NCBI RefSeq assembly: GCF_023650515.1
Contig: NZ_CP096016.1
Coordinates: 523,130-555,129, forward strand
Direction of reading: 5' to 3'
Length of the DNA stretch: 32,000 bases
Origin: Alkalimarinus coralli
GTDB lineage: Bacteria; Pseudomonadota; Gammaproteobacteria; Pseudomonadales; Oleiphilaceae
Below are positions 1-9,268 of the stretch, in pieces; the stretch's first letter is position 1, and every line of letters starts with the position of its first letter. A program made the translations under genes and the position numbers. A model generated the notes under the pieces. The model was not told where the DNA came from. It did not search any database and saw only the letters and a list, made by a program, of their open reading frames with translations.

Positions 1-1
1 C

Positions 2-226
2 ACTGAGTCTGACGTCATAGCCGATGTACAACAGATTTTTTTCAACAGTGATGACGCATTGGTTTTGTGCTCTGATGGCTTAACGGGGGCGGTGAATTCT
101 AAGGAGTGGCCATCAATAGTTACGTCTGAACACTCCGTTCAGCAGCAAGTTAAGTGCTTGATTGAAGCGAGTCTGAGCAATAGAGCAAACGATAATGTGT
201 CGGTGATTATGGTTCGCCGGCAGTAA
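2..226 (+). CDS. PP2C-family Ser/Thr protein phosphatase, C-terminal fragment (5' end lies outside the window)
   Basis: The frame is open from the window edge to TAA at 224-226. The translation ...SDDALVLCSDGLTGAV...NRANDNVSVIMVRRQ shows the C-terminal PP2C motifs (LCSDGL and DNxSVI). An FHA gene starts 24 nt downstream. Confidence 0.7.
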   Translation, partial: TESDVIADVQQIFFNSDDALVLCSDGLTGAVNSKEWPSIVTSEHSVQQQVKCLIEASLSNRANDNVSVIMVRRQ

Positions 227-250
227 TGTAGTTAGATTATGAGGTGCAGT

Positions 251-601
251 ATGGCAGCATTAGCACAGTTAGTAGACGATGTGGTGACCAATACCTTTGA
301 ATTGAACACTGGGAGTATCAGTGTGGGGCGTCACCCCAAGAATGATATTCAAATAAATGAAATCTCAGTGAGCGGCGAGCATGCGAAGATTGATGTGGAG
401 AAGAATCAATATCTCGATGGCGTCATTGACTGTTATATTGAAGACAAAGGCAGCACCAACGGTACGTTTGTAAACGAACTGCCTGTGAAGGCGAGGCAGC
501 GACTCAATAATAACGATGTCGTTCGCATCGCCTGGAATTCCTTCAAGTTTATTGATGAAACTGAAAATGAACTAGAAAAAACGGCTTATTTATTAGAGTA
601 G
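251..601 (+). CDS. FHA (forkhead-associated) domain protein
   Basis: SD GAGGTG (241-246) lies 4 nt before ATG 251; the ORF is also open from ATG 239. The FHA core is visible: SVGRHPKNDIQINEISVSGEHAKI ... EDKGSTNGTFVN ... NNDVVRI. Confidence 0.8.
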   Translation: MAALAQLVDDVVTNTFELNTGSISVGRHPKNDIQINEISVSGEHAKIDVEKNQYLDGVIDCYIEDKGSTNGTFVNELPVKARQRLNNNDVVRIAWNSFKFIDETENELEKTAYLLE

Positions 602-639
602 TGCATACTGTCACTCCGACACTGTTTTCGCGGGAACAG

Positions 640-711
640 ATGGTTTAGCCGGAATCTATGGTTTAGCCGAAACATATGGCTTTGATCGGCTCTTTTATCG
701 GCTATGTCTGT
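640..711. repeat. Degenerate short tandem repeats in the convergent gap between the FHA and NYN genes
   Basis: atggtttagccggaatct (640-657) is followed by atggtttagccgaaacat (658-675), 14/18 identical. Then tttgatcggct (681-691) is followed by tttatcggct (694-703). Confidence 0.7.
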
Positions 712-728
712 TTATGAATCTTGCTTGT

Positions 729-1253
729 TTAAGAGCTTTGCCTGTTCATCAGTAGAGGCTCATAAATAGGGTTAAACTGGCTGGCCGCATCAATAATTGA
801 GGTCGCGGTCAGCGAGGGCACGCCATATACCTCGAAGCGGGTATTAAAGCGTTTCTTAACCCGGAGCGCGAGCAGGTCAAAGTCACCGTCGCCGGAGGCA
901 AGCACGACCGTATCAACGTCGCTTGCTGCTTCGAAGGCATCCAGTGCGATGCCGACGTCCCAGTCACCTTTTGCAGACCCGTCACTTCTCTGTATATAAG
1001 GTTTAAGCTTTACTTCAAACCCCAGTTGCTTGAGAAAATTCTGAAAGCTTCGTTGCTTAGGGTCTCCACGGTCGATAGCGTAGGCGTAGGCCGTTACAAT
1101 CTCTCCCTTCTGGCTGACTTCATTCCAAAATGCCGTGTAGTTAAATTGAGCCTGATAGGCTTGCCGAACGGTATAGTAAATATTCTGAACATCAACGAAC
1201 AAAGCGATCTTGGCAGTCATGAAAGGCTCATCTATTGGTTTAATGGTACTCAA
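729..1253 (-). CDS. NYN / LabA-like (DUF88) domain protein, putative PIN-like RNase
   Basis: 174-codon ORF starting at TTG 1253, with an alternative ATG at 1220. KIALFVDVQNIYY near the N-terminus and VVLASGDGDFDLL later are the hallmark NYN/LabA motifs. Confidence 0.7.
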   Translation of the reverse strand: MSTIKPIDEPFMTAKIALFVDVQNIYYTVRQAYQAQFNYTAFWNEVSQKGEIVTAYAYAIDRGDPKQRSFQNFLKQLGFEVKLKPYIQRSDGSAKGDWDVGIALDAFEAASDVDTVVLASGDGDFDLLALRVKKRFNTRFEVYGVPSLTATSIIDAASQFNPIYEPLLMNRQSS

Positions 1254-1385
1254 TAACTGATAATATTACCCAGTTACTGGTACTTCGTTACTATTTCAGC
1301 GAGCTAGCAAGAAAAAACGAAGCAAAGGCTGTTAGTATAGAGCATCTCTACACCTTAAATATTGCCCTTTTTTGAGATAAAACAG

Positions 1386-1787
1386 ATGAATAAATGGAAA
1401 ATCGCTGGATTGGCATTTGTCTTTCTTTGGTTTATGGCCGGAGGAATAGGCCACTTCACTAATACTGAATTCTTTGTGCGGATAATGCCGCCCTCTTTTC
1501 CCATGCACTATGAAGCGGTTTATATCAGCGGCGTGTTTGAGATATTAGGTGCGCTGGGTTTGCTTTTGCCTGCCACCCGTCGCTGGGCTGGCAATGGCTT
1601 GATATTGCTAACATTGTGCGTGACGCCCGCCAATATCCATATGTGGCTAAACCCGCAAATGTATCCTGAAGTGCCTGAGTGGGCGTTGTCTGTCAGGCTG
1701 GTGGTGCAGGTGCTGTTGTTGATGTGCATATGGTGGAGTAGTCGAGACGTTGCGGCTAGAGAGCCTGAAATGGTGGCTGTTAAATAA
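1386..1787 (+). CDS. Small integral membrane protein, DoxX-like
   Basis: ATG 1386 gives MNKWKIAGLAFVFLWF...; the ORF is open from TTG 1362. It has four hydrophobic helices. The family call is a weak recollection. Confidence 0.45.
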   Translation: MNKWKIAGLAFVFLWFMAGGIGHFTNTEFFVRIMPPSFPMHYEAVYISGVFEILGALGLLLPATRRWAGNGLILLTLCVTPANIHMWLNPQMYPEVPEWALSVRLVVQVLLLMCIWWSSRDVAAREPEMVAVK

Positions 1788-1811
1788 CTTGAATACCATA
1801 TGTTAAATATG

Positions 1812-1839
1812 AGTCATCCCTGCCTTCGCAAGGATGACT
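1812..1839. terminator. Hairpin between convergent genes (possible bidirectional terminator)
   Basis: agtcatcc (1812-1819) and ggatgact (1832-1839) form an 8-bp stem around a 12-nt loop. The hairpin sits between the DoxX-like stop (1787) and the aroG stop (1867). Confidence 0.4.
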
Positions 1840-1866
1840 ATAGAGTACCAATGGTTATATGCCGAT

Positions 1867-2922
1867 TTAATTTTTAGCTCGCTGAGCTGATGCATCTGCC
1901 AACTCGGCAAGCAGTCGCTCGGTATCATCCCAGCCGATGCAGGCATCGGTAATGCTCTGGCCATAGGTTTCTGCTTTGTTGCCGACCAGGTTTTGCCGAC
2001 CCTCAACCAAATGGCTTTCAACCATCACACCAAAAATAGTGTTGTCACCTGCTTTAATTTGCTCACATACATTGCTGCACACATCCATCTGCTTTTTAAA
2101 CTGCTTGCTGCTATTGGCGTGGCTGAAATCAATCATGACCTTTTTGGGCAGCTTGGCTGTTTCAAGTTCACTGACGACCTTGGCCACACTTTCAGCGTCA
2201 TAATTTGGGGCCTTTCCGCCACGTAGAATAATATGGCAATCGCCATTACCGGCGGTTTCTACAATCGCTGAGTGGCCGAATTTCGTAACAGATAAAAAGT
2301 GGTGTGAAGCCGCCGCTGCACCAATCGCATCAATCGCCACTTTGGTGGTGCCGTCGGTGCCATTTTTAAAACCGACAGGGCATGACAGGCCGGATGCAAG
2401 TTCGCGATGCACTTGTGACTCGGTCGTACGTGCACCAATGGCGCCCCAGCTTAACAGGTCTGCCATATATTGAGGGGTGATCATGTCGAGGTATTCAGTC
2501 GCAGTAGGCAACCCCATATCGTTAAGATCCAACAACAGCTTGCGGCCCATGCGTAGTCCGTCATTGATCTTAAAGCTGTTATCCATAAACGGGTCATTAA
2601 TCAGACCTTTCCAGCCCACGGTGGTTCGTGGTTTTTCAAAGTAGACGCGCATAACAATATCGAGGCTATCTTTGTATTTTTCTCTGAGTTTGACCAGCCT
2701 TTGCCCGTATTCAATAGCGGCTTTGGGATCGTGGATCGAGCAGGGGCCAATGATAACCAGCAGACGATTATCTTCGTCGTTTAATATACGGTGTATGGCT
2801 TCTCTGCCTTGGAATACGGTTTTTGCTGCCTTTTCCGTTGCAGGGAATCGCTCAAGCAGTGCGACCGGTGGAAGAAGCTCTTTAATTTCTTTAATACGTA
2901 TATCGTCTGTTTGGTAATGCAT
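1867..2922 (-). CDS. aroG: 3-deoxy-7-phosphoheptulonate (DAHP) synthase, class I alpha, AroG-like
   Basis: From ATG 2922 the protein starts MHYQTDDIRIKEIKELLPPVALLERFPATEKAAKTV. This is nearly colinear with E. coli AroG (MNYQNDDLRIKEIKELLPPVALLEKFPATENAANTV, as I recall it). It also has GPCSIHD, KPRTTVGWKGLINDP and GARTTESQVHRELASGLSCPVGFKNGTDG. The ORF extends 15 codons further upstream to 2967, but homology favours 2922. Confidence 0.92.
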   Translation of the reverse strand: MHYQTDDIRIKEIKELLPPVALLERFPATEKAAKTVFQGREAIHRILNDEDNRLLVIIGPCSIHDPKAAIEYGQRLVKLREKYKDSLDIVMRVYFEKPRTTVGWKGLINDPFMDNSFKINDGLRMGRKLLLDLNDMGLPTATEYLDMITPQYMADLLSWGAIGARTTESQVHRELASGLSCPVGFKNGTDGTTKVAIDAIGAAAASHHFLSVTKFGHSAIVETAGNGDCHIILRGGKAPNYDAESVAKVVSELETAKLPKKVMIDFSHANSSKQFKKQMDVCSNVCEQIKAGDNTIFGVMVESHLVEGRQNLVGNKAETYGQSITDACIGWDDTERLLAELADASAQRAKN

Positions 2923-2990
2923 ACTTATCTCAAATGCTCTCGTTCTGGTTGTCCTGTGATGGCTCATATAGCGAGCCTTAAAATTAGGTA

Positions 2991-3860
2991 TTAATTTCTA
3001 TTAGTTGGTTTTGACACAAGTATACCAGCAACAATGGCTCCGCATGCAGCTATTTGCCAAATAGAAAGCGTCTCATCAAGTACAAAGTAAGCAATGATAA
3101 TGGTGAATACCGGGATAAAGTTAATATAGGCTGTGGCTTGTGAGGCGGGCACCTTACTGACTGCGAAATTGTAGAGACCGTATGCGCCGATTGAAACGAT
3201 AATACCCAGGTAGACAATGGCGATCGCCGCATCGACAGAGTACACCTCTGGCAGTGGGAACCATAATGCAGCGGGCAAGAAGAACAGTGCGCCACTGGCT
3301 GACTGTAGTGCGGTAAGAAAAAGCGCCGAGTAGCGCAGGGTGAGGTGTTTTAGCAATAACGTATAGCCACATGCGCACAGCATGGCTAAAAATTCAAAAA
3401 AGTTGCCCAAAATGGGGTTCGGAGCCAGCTCTGTTTCGTCGCTTAACAGGCTAAGTGCTATCGCCCCGGCTACCGCTACCACAAAACCTGCTACGGTCTT
3501 TCTGCTCAGCTGCTCCTTTAGGAAAAAGTAAGCACCAACGGCGACCAGCAATGGCAGTAATGATGTTATGACTCCGGCCTGTGATGCACTGGTATTTTTT
3601 AAGGCAATCGACTCAAAAATAAAGTAGAGGCAGGGCTCGAACAGGCACATGCCTGCCAGGTACTTCCAGTCACCTTTTTCATAATGTCTTTTGCCGAGGC
3701 GACGAAAGGCCAGCATAAAACAGATCGTCGCAATAAACATGCGAAAGAACAGCACATGCACAGGGTGAAACTCAATAAACGCAATCTTGAGTGCAATAAA
3801 AGAGCTTCCCCACAAGAAGGTTGCGATAATCAAGGCAAAATAGGGTAGGTTTTTTATCAA
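2991..3860 (-). CDS. EamA/DMT-superfamily transporter (10 TM)
   Basis: 289 aa, hydrophobic throughout, with two EamA-like halves (WGSSFIALK... and a second half with ...YLGIIVSIGAYGLYNFAV). Confidence 0.8.
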   Translation of the reverse strand: MIKNLPYFALIIATFLWGSSFIALKIAFIEFHPVHVLFFRMFIATICFMLAFRRLGKRHYEKGDWKYLAGMCLFEPCLYFIFESIALKNTSASQAGVITSLLPLLVAVGAYFFLKEQLSRKTVAGFVVAVAGAIALSLLSDETELAPNPILGNFFEFLAMLCACGYTLLLKHLTLRYSALFLTALQSASGALFFLPAALWFPLPEVYSVDAAIAIVYLGIIVSIGAYGLYNFAVSKVPASQATAYINFIPVFTIIIAYFVLDETLSIWQIAACGAIVAGILVSKPTNRN

Positions 3861-4077
3861 GATGGTTATGCTCGTGTTAATGGGTGATCTATTTGGGAAT
3901 GGCTGTTTGGAGAATGCATTCTCAAAAAAAGTGCTGTGTTGTTCTTCTCTATAAGGCTTTTCGTTACACTGTAAATTGTTGCTTTATGGGCTCTTTGTCG
4001 CCTTTTAGAAACCTTGAACGCTATACAGGCGCTGGGGTTCTTTCAGACCAAGCCCTCTGACAGTAGTGAATTTTATT

Positions 4078-4971
4078 ATGTACATCAAGACAACTTTAGT
4101 ATTGGTCGCGTTCTTTTTTTCAGTCAATGTTGCTGCCAACTGCTCAGTAAAGGCAAAAACGGATTTTGAGCGGATCTACTGCGAAATTGTCAAACGCGGG
4201 GAGGGCAAAACACTACCTGCATTTGAGGATTTCAAACGAAATGACGCAACGGTTCAGAGGCTGCTATTAAAACGGCCAGCGCAGAAGCTCAAAATAATTC
4301 TTCCCGCGTCCAGCCAGGGCAGCGCAGGCTATGCGTCTAAGCCTCATTCGGCTGAAACTCAACCGCGCACGCTAGCTTCAAAGCCTCAAACAGTTGCTAC
4401 TAAGGCTAGAACTGATACTCCCAAGCCTCTAAAGGCTGTGCCTGCACCTTCCAGGCGTGCTCAGAGTCTGCCTGATAACTCTTTGGCGCAAGGGAGCCTA
4501 GCACTGGCGCAATGCCGGTTAGCTGAAAGTTATATACAGTGTGGTAGCCGTCGCTTTGAATTGGTTGTTAATAAGCCGAATAACCGGCTGGCAAAAGGTG
4601 TTCTGGATGATCAGTTCTTGATGGGGCTGCCGCGTTATCGTGGCCCTGCAAGCGATGATCAGGAGATACAGTTTTATCTCTCGGAGATCTATAGTCTCTA
4701 TATTGAAAGAATGATTGATATTGGGTTAGGAGGCTCAACGATGAACTATGCCCGCTTTTACCATACCTTCAAAGACCTTCAGGCAAAGGGTATTGATTTC
4801 AGTGAACGATTTGAAACGATGTACCGCTTTCTTAAAACAGACAAAAAATATATGACAGTTCAACCGGTGCTGAGCGATAAACGACCGAGACATATCAAAC
4901 AGTGTGATGATGTCTCTGAGCGAATTATTGTATGTGATAGTGACTCGGTTAACTGGGTCTATATCAACTGA
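4078..4971 (+). CDS. Secreted hypothetical protein
   Basis: ATG 4078 gives the signal peptide MYIKTTLVLVAFFFSVNVAA; the ORF is open from GTG 4066. Cysteines are paired at both ends and the central linker is P/T/K/A-rich. I recognise no family. Confidence 0.5.
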   Translation: MYIKTTLVLVAFFFSVNVAANCSVKAKTDFERIYCEIVKRGEGKTLPAFEDFKRNDATVQRLLLKRPAQKLKIILPASSQGSAGYASKPHSAETQPRTLASKPQTVATKARTDTPKPLKAVPAPSRRAQSLPDNSLAQGSLALAQCRLAESYIQCGSRRFELVVNKPNNRLAKGVLDDQFLMGLPRYRGPASDDQEIQFYLSEIYSLYIERMIDIGLGGSTMNYARFYHTFKDLQAKGIDFSERFETMYRFLKTDKKYMTVQPVLSDKRPRHIKQCDDVSERIIVCDSDSVNWVYIN

Positions 4972-4990
4972 GTGACTGGCTACCATGTCT

Positions 4991-5070
4991 ACTTGTGACC
5001 AGACCTGCTTGTGATCAGGTCTGCTTACGATCAGGTCTGCTTACGATCAGGTCTGCTTACGATCAGACCT
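4991..5070. repeat. Five tandem copies of a 16-bp unit that also form two facing hairpins; they overlap the MCP stop codon
   Basis: The units are acttgtgaccagacct, gcttgtgatcaggtct, gcttacgatcaggtct (twice) and gcttacgatcagacct. The outer units carry agacct, the reverse complement of the inner aggtct. This gives stems 5000-5007/5016-5023 and 5049-5055/5064-5070. Confidence 0.9.
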
Positions 5071-6700
5071 TAAATTGACCAACCTTCTCTGTTAATAGCT
5101 GGCTTAATAAATGTATCTCTTCGGTTGAATCGCTGACTCTGGCAAAATTATCTGAACTCTCATCAACCAGTTCCGCAATATTATGGGTGTTATTGCTGAT
5201 CTCATTGGCAACTGAGGCTTGCTGTTCGGTGGCCGTTGCGATTTGAATGGTGATCGATGTGATCTCTTGCATTGCCTCATTTACGTCTGTCAGCATCTCC
5301 TCTGCTGTTTCTGCCGATGACTTGGTATCAAGAGAGTGAGTGTGTGCCAGGTCAACGGAGTGGGTGACACCCTGAACCCCATTTTGAATCTGCTCAATCA
5401 TGGTTTGAATTTCATCTGTAGACTCTTGCGTTCGTGTCGCAAGCCCCCTTACTTCATCAGCCACCACGGCAAACCCTCGGCCCGCTTCACCCGCTCTCGC
5501 CGCCTCTATGGCCGCATTTAACGCTAACAGGTTGGTTTGCTCTGCAATGCCCCTGATAACATCGAGGATAGAGCCTATTTTGGCAGAATTTTCAGTCAGT
5601 TCGCCTACCACTTTTTTACTGTTGTCCAGCTCGTCAGACAGCCGGGTTAGGCCCGACATTGAGGTACTGATATCCTGGCTGCTCTTAGAGGACTTTTCTA
5701 ACCCTGACTCTGTTGCATCGGCTGCCTGTTGTGCATTTTTTGCAATTTCTTCGGTTGATGCGGCCATTTCAGTGATGGCTGACGCGGCACTGTGGGTTTC
5801 GCTTTTCTGCCGCTCTGTTCCTTGCATATTGCTTTCGACAATGTCCTTCATTTCAGTCGCAAGCGTATTGAGCTGCAAGCTTGCCTCTTTAAACTCCTGA
5901 ATGGTTGATTGGGTACGAGCTACAAAACGGTTAAATAGAGAGGCTACGGAACTAAGCTCGTCTTTACCTTTTTCATCAAGTCGAAGCGTGAGGTCTCCCT
6001 CTCCGTGAGCGATGTTTTCCATGGCTGTGAGGGTATTGGTCAGAGGTTGTCGAATACTAATGATGATAAGAAACAAGATGGCGACCAGTGGCACGGACAA
6101 TACCAGTACTATCAGGATATAACGCCACAGAAAAGTATACTGTTGTGCTCGCAGGTCATCGATATAAACGCCTGTGCCGATGATCATATCCCACGGGGCA
6201 AAGCCTTTTACAAATGAGACCTTTTCTACCGGGTCATCATGGCCGGGCTTTGGCCATAAATAATCAACATAACCTTCACCATCGCTCTCAACGATATCGA
6301 CCATTTCTCTAAACAACCGTTTTCCATTAGGATCTTCTGACTTATCGAGGTTCTTGCCCTGAAGCTCTGGTTTCATCGGGTGCATGATAAGGGCAGGTTG
6401 ATGGTCGAGGATAAAGAAGTAGTCGTTGTCTCCGTATCGTAGATCTCGAACGTCTGATATTGCCAGGTTTTTAGCCTCTTGTTCTGAAAGTTCGCCGGAT
6501 TTTGCCAGCTTGTGATAGTGCTTCAGTATGCTGTAAGAGGTTCCGACCAAATGCTTGGTGGTTGTCTGCCGTTCGTTGTAGCTGGTATTAAAGAATTCGT
6601 TGAGTGTTATAACGCTCAGTATGAGAGTTCCAAATGCTGCTATTGCAATGACTATAGCTAATCGGTAGCCGATACGAATATTGCGTAACCATGAAATCAT
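5063..6700 (-). CDS. Methyl-accepting chemotaxis protein with a periplasmic single-Cache-type sensor
   Basis: The order is N-terminal TM, a Cache-like region ([16 protein letters not shown]...[11 protein letters not shown]...GTGVYIDD), a second TM, HAMP, then the conserved MCP hairpin [47 protein letters not shown] lies upstream of ATG 6700. Confidence 0.92.
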   Translation of the reverse strand: MISWLRNIRIGYRLAIVIAIAAFGTLILSVITLNEFFNTSYNERQTTTKHLVGTSYSILKHYHKLAKSGELSEQEAKNLAISDVRDLRYGDNDYFFILDHQPALIMHPMKPELQGKNLDKSEDPNGKRLFREMVDIVESDGEGYVDYLWPKPGHDDPVEKVSFVKGFAPWDMIIGTGVYIDDLRAQQYTFLWRYILIVLVLSVPLVAILFLIIISIRQPLTNTLTAMENIAHGEGDLTLRLDEKGKDELSSVASLFNRFVARTQSTIQEFKEASLQLNTLATEMKDIVESNMQGTERQKSETHSAASAITEMAASTEEIAKNAQQAADATESGLEKSSKSSQDISTSMSGLTRLSDELDNSKKVVGELTENSAKIGSILDVIRGIAEQTNLLALNAAIEAARAGEAGRGFAVVADEVRGLATRTQESTDEIQTMIEQIQNGVQGVTHSVDLAHTHSLDTKSSAETAEEMLTDVNEAMQEITSITIQIATATEQQASVANEISNNTHNIAELVDESSDNFARVSDSTEEIHLLSQLLTEKVGQFKV

Positions 6701-6968
6701 TCAGTCATCCACCTTGTGCTACTGCACTCACCCTTAAAACGTCAATATGAGACCTTTGCACGACTACTGCGCTTACAAATACAGCGTTAAAAAATGACTC
6801 AAAATGGTGCGCTCTCCTGGGTCGACCGGGACTTATTACTTATAAACTGCGCTTTTTCTTCATTTTTTGCCTTGTCTTTGATTCGCTCGTAACGTCATGC
6901 AAAGATCTCAATATATTATTGTTGTTTTAAAAGTATAGCGGATGATTTTGGTTTGACTTTGCTATTGC

Positions 6969-6999
6969 AAAAACAGCTGTACCACTAACGGTTTTACAG
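6969..6999 (-). terminator. Putative rho-independent terminator of the 7007-8113 gene
   Basis: The minus-strand RNA reads CUGUA-AAACCGUUAGUGG-UACAG followed by CUGUUUUUG. It starts 8 nt after the stop codon. Confidence 0.5.
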
Positions 7000-7006
7000 T
7001 GTTTGA

Positions 7007-8113
7007 CTACTCAATTTTTGACGCGCATTCACCATCACTTGGGGTATGTTTACAACGTACTTTACGCATCAGTCTCAGCGCTTTGGGTTCGTAAAGGCCT
7101 TCATCGCGTAGAGACAGCCGGGAGTCTCTCATATATTCGTTATATTTGCTTTTGTCTGTTTCTGCGATTTTGATCCAATACTCGTCAGGTATCTCGCTTT
7201 CAGCGGCTTTTACAATCGCCAACATGCTGTCCAGCCTCGATAATGAGTAGTCTCTTAACTTTTGCCCGTAGTCATCTGGAAACAGTGCGTGGTGTATGAC
7301 GATTTGCAGCGATGTGTGGAGCAAGGGGTACTCCAAAATTCCGCCACCTGCTTCAAGCCCTTTGTATAACTCCATGGTATTAAACGCAACCGCAGGCGCG
7401 AACACGATATCGACACTGCCATTGTTGAACATGCCTGCGAAGTTGGCGAGGCTTGAGGGGACAGGAGAACCGCCCACACGACGAACCATTTTTGTGCCAA
7501 CAGGGTCGCCATTTAATACCGCCATTTTTTGACCTTGAAACTGCTCAACATTGTCGATGGCTTTATCTCGCACAAAAACAAACACGGGACCAATAGGCAG
7601 AATTCCCGCGATTTCGTAGTGATCCTGCCTCATCAGTTTTGCTGCTTTGGGGCTGGACAAGGTGGTTAGCAGTGTACGTAGCTCCGGCTCTCCAGGAATG
7701 GCACCAACGGCGTTAACGGTAGAGGTAAAATGGTTAAAGTCTCTTATTGATGCATCGGTTAGCAGCACTGCATCACAGGCTTTACCTTTAAAGTCATTGG
7801 CTGCCACTTTCTCGTCGGTGTAGGCTTCAATGTTAAGCTTTACTCCCCAGCTCATAGATTTTGGAATCAGCTCTTTCACCATGCTGACCACTGGGCCGCC
7901 TGTTCCTACCGGATCCCAGACACAAAAGCTTCTCTCTTGTACTTCAACTTTATTTGTACGCGTTGAGTGTGTGTTCGCTGATGGTTGTGCGATAGCCTGA
8001 GCCGTCAATGAGCTGACTAATGCAAAGACTAAGCTATGCAGGAGTAGCGCTGAGAATACAGTGTTCCGACGTGGTTTGATCAGGTGGTTTATTTTTGTTG
8101 TCCCGACGTTCAT
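7007..8113 (-). CDS. Periplasmic solute-binding-like protein (TRAP/AdeT-like), orphan
   Basis: A signal peptide ends ...SLTAQAIA. The overall pattern resembles the putative solute-binding family typified by Acinetobacter AdeT (recalled, not searched). No permease genes are adjacent. Confidence 0.4.
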   Translation of the reverse strand: MNVGTTKINHLIKPRRNTVFSALLLHSLVFALVSSLTAQAIAQPSANTHSTRTNKVEVQERSFCVWDPVGTGGPVVSMVKELIPKSMSWGVKLNIEAYTDEKVAANDFKGKACDAVLLTDASIRDFNHFTSTVNAVGAIPGEPELRTLLTTLSSPKAAKLMRQDHYEIAGILPIGPVFVFVRDKAIDNVEQFQGQKMAVLNGDPVGTKMVRRVGGSPVPSSLANFAGMFNNGSVDIVFAPAVAFNTMELYKGLEAGGGILEYPLLHTSLQIVIHHALFPDDYGQKLRDYSLSRLDSMLAIVKAAESEIPDEYWIKIAETDKSKYNEYMRDSRLSLRDEGLYEPKALRLMRKVRCKHTPSDGECASKIE

Positions 8114-8162
8114 AAAGACCTCTTATGCGTCCATTTACGGCTATGTTGTTAAGATAGGAAAT

Positions 8163-8193
8163 GATAAGCAGCGGACTTCTATCGCTGCTTATC
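8163..8193 (-). terminator. Hairpin downstream of the lipoprotein gene
   Basis: gataagcagcg (8163-8173) and cgctgcttatc (8183-8193) form an 11-bp stem with a 9-nt loop. The minus-strand tail is AUUUCC, so the U-tract is weak. Confidence 0.4.
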
Positions 8194-8203
8194 AAAACAA
8201 AGA

Positions 8204-9268
8204 TTAGTGGCTACAGCTTTTAAGAGCAGAAATAGCCGTATTCATATTGGTGAGCTTGACGTTGCGCTGTAGTACCTGTTTACCCACTTCCTTGCCATTA
8301 ATAAATATATGAAGCTCTTTACCCGCTGAAAGCTGGGATGTGATATCACCTTTAACAATGGCCCGTGTTGAGTTAACTTTTTCGGCAAATGGCAGTAGTG
8401 CTTGATTATCTATTTGTATGCCTGTTTTCGGGTGGTTGATATTAAGGGGCATGTAGGCGTTAACAATAACCTGCTGCTCTTCGATATCCATCCAGATCTG
8501 TGATGAGTATTCGGTATTGCTGATCTGAAGTGTAGGGGTTTTGAGTTTGCAAAAACCGTTGTCAGCACTTCTCAGGGTCCAGATTCCATAAGATTTCCCC
8601 AAATTGTTGCTGGAGCGCACGACAGGCTGGTCAGCTGGGTTCTCGCTGTTGGCATCTTGAAGGTTGCCTGCGTCGTGTGTGTTGCTGCCTGTTAGTGCCT
8701 CTGCTGCCACGGTATTGGCTGGTTGGGTCGAGTCTGGTAATGGAGACTCAGCGTCAGTGGTTACGCCTTCGTCGGCTGTTGCTGGGGATACCTCTGCCTG
8801 GTTCGCGGTAGCTGCTGTTGTTATTTGAGCCTCAGGTTCAGTGCTAGGAGGCTCAACGGAAGCTGTTTCTGCATCGCTCTCCGGGTTAACTCCTGCTTCG
8901 GCAGACGTTTCGGCAGGCGTTTCGGCAGATGGTTCTGGCTGAATGGTGTCCTCAGCGGTTACAGTAGCGCCTTCGATGGTTGACGCCTCATTCTGCTCGA
9001 TTTGATCCTGAGTTGTTTGTTGCTGAGTTGCTTGACCCTGAGTCGCAGCCGGCTTGGCTGCTTCAGGCTCTGCCGCCTGAACCTGGGGGGCGTCTGACGG
9101 AGTCACATCAACTGACTCACTGGGTTGCTCTCGTTCGGTGGTACTCGCACAGCCGACAAGCATCGATAAGCATAGCAGTGATGCACCTAAACCCTTGCTA
9201 ATAGCGGGCTTGGTTGATGCTGGAGCATTACTTTGGCGGGCGATGTGAGTCATGGTTCGTTCAGGCAT
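8204..9268 (-). CDS. Lipoprotein with a long acidic low-complexity linker, function unknown
   Basis: Lipobox ...LSMLVGC-AST is followed by about 190 aa rich in T/E/A/P/Q and then a C-terminal globular part of about 140 aa. An alternative start is ATG 9253. Confidence 0.6.
   Translation of the reverse strand: MPERTMTHIARQSNAPASTKPAISKGLGASLLCLSMLVGCASTTEREQPSESVDVTPSDAPQVQAAEPEAAKPAATQGQATQQQTTQDQIEQNEASTIEGATVTAEDTIQPEPSAETPAETSAEAGVNPESDAETASVEPPSTEPEAQITTAATANQAEVSPATADEGVTTDAESPLPDSTQPANTVAAEALTGSNTHDAGNLQDANSENPADQPVVRSSNNLGKSYGIWTLRSADNGFCKLKTPTLQISNTEYSSQIWMDIEEQQVIVNAYMPLNINHPKTGIQIDNQALLPFAEKVNSTRAIVKGDITSQLSAGKELHIFINGKEVGKQVLQRNVKLTNMNTAISALKSCSH

Noticed and set aside
2923-2990. 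A TyrR box (TGTAAA-N6-TTTACA) or attenuator upstream of aroG.
   Set aside because: No match to the TyrR consensus and no leader-peptide or terminator structure is visible in the 68-bp gap.
4991-5070. Whether the tandem arrays here and at 12201, 15164 and 22271 could be tiny CRISPR arrays.
   Set aside because: The copies abut directly with no spacers, the units are only 13-16 bp, and no cas genes or leader are present.
6794-6892. A 32-codon ORF (MTQNGALSWVDRDLLLINCAFSSFFALSLIRS) in the 306-bp region upstream of the MCP gene.
   Set aside because: It has no SD sequence and no recognisable motif, and its composition is typical of random AT-rich intergenic sequence.
8204-9268. The lipoprotein divergent from lipA as a candidate lipase-specific foldase (Lif).
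   Set aside because: It has a lipobox rather than an N-terminal TM anchor. It lacks the conserved Lif RxxFDY(F/C)L(S/T)A motif, and its C-terminal domain does not look all-helical.
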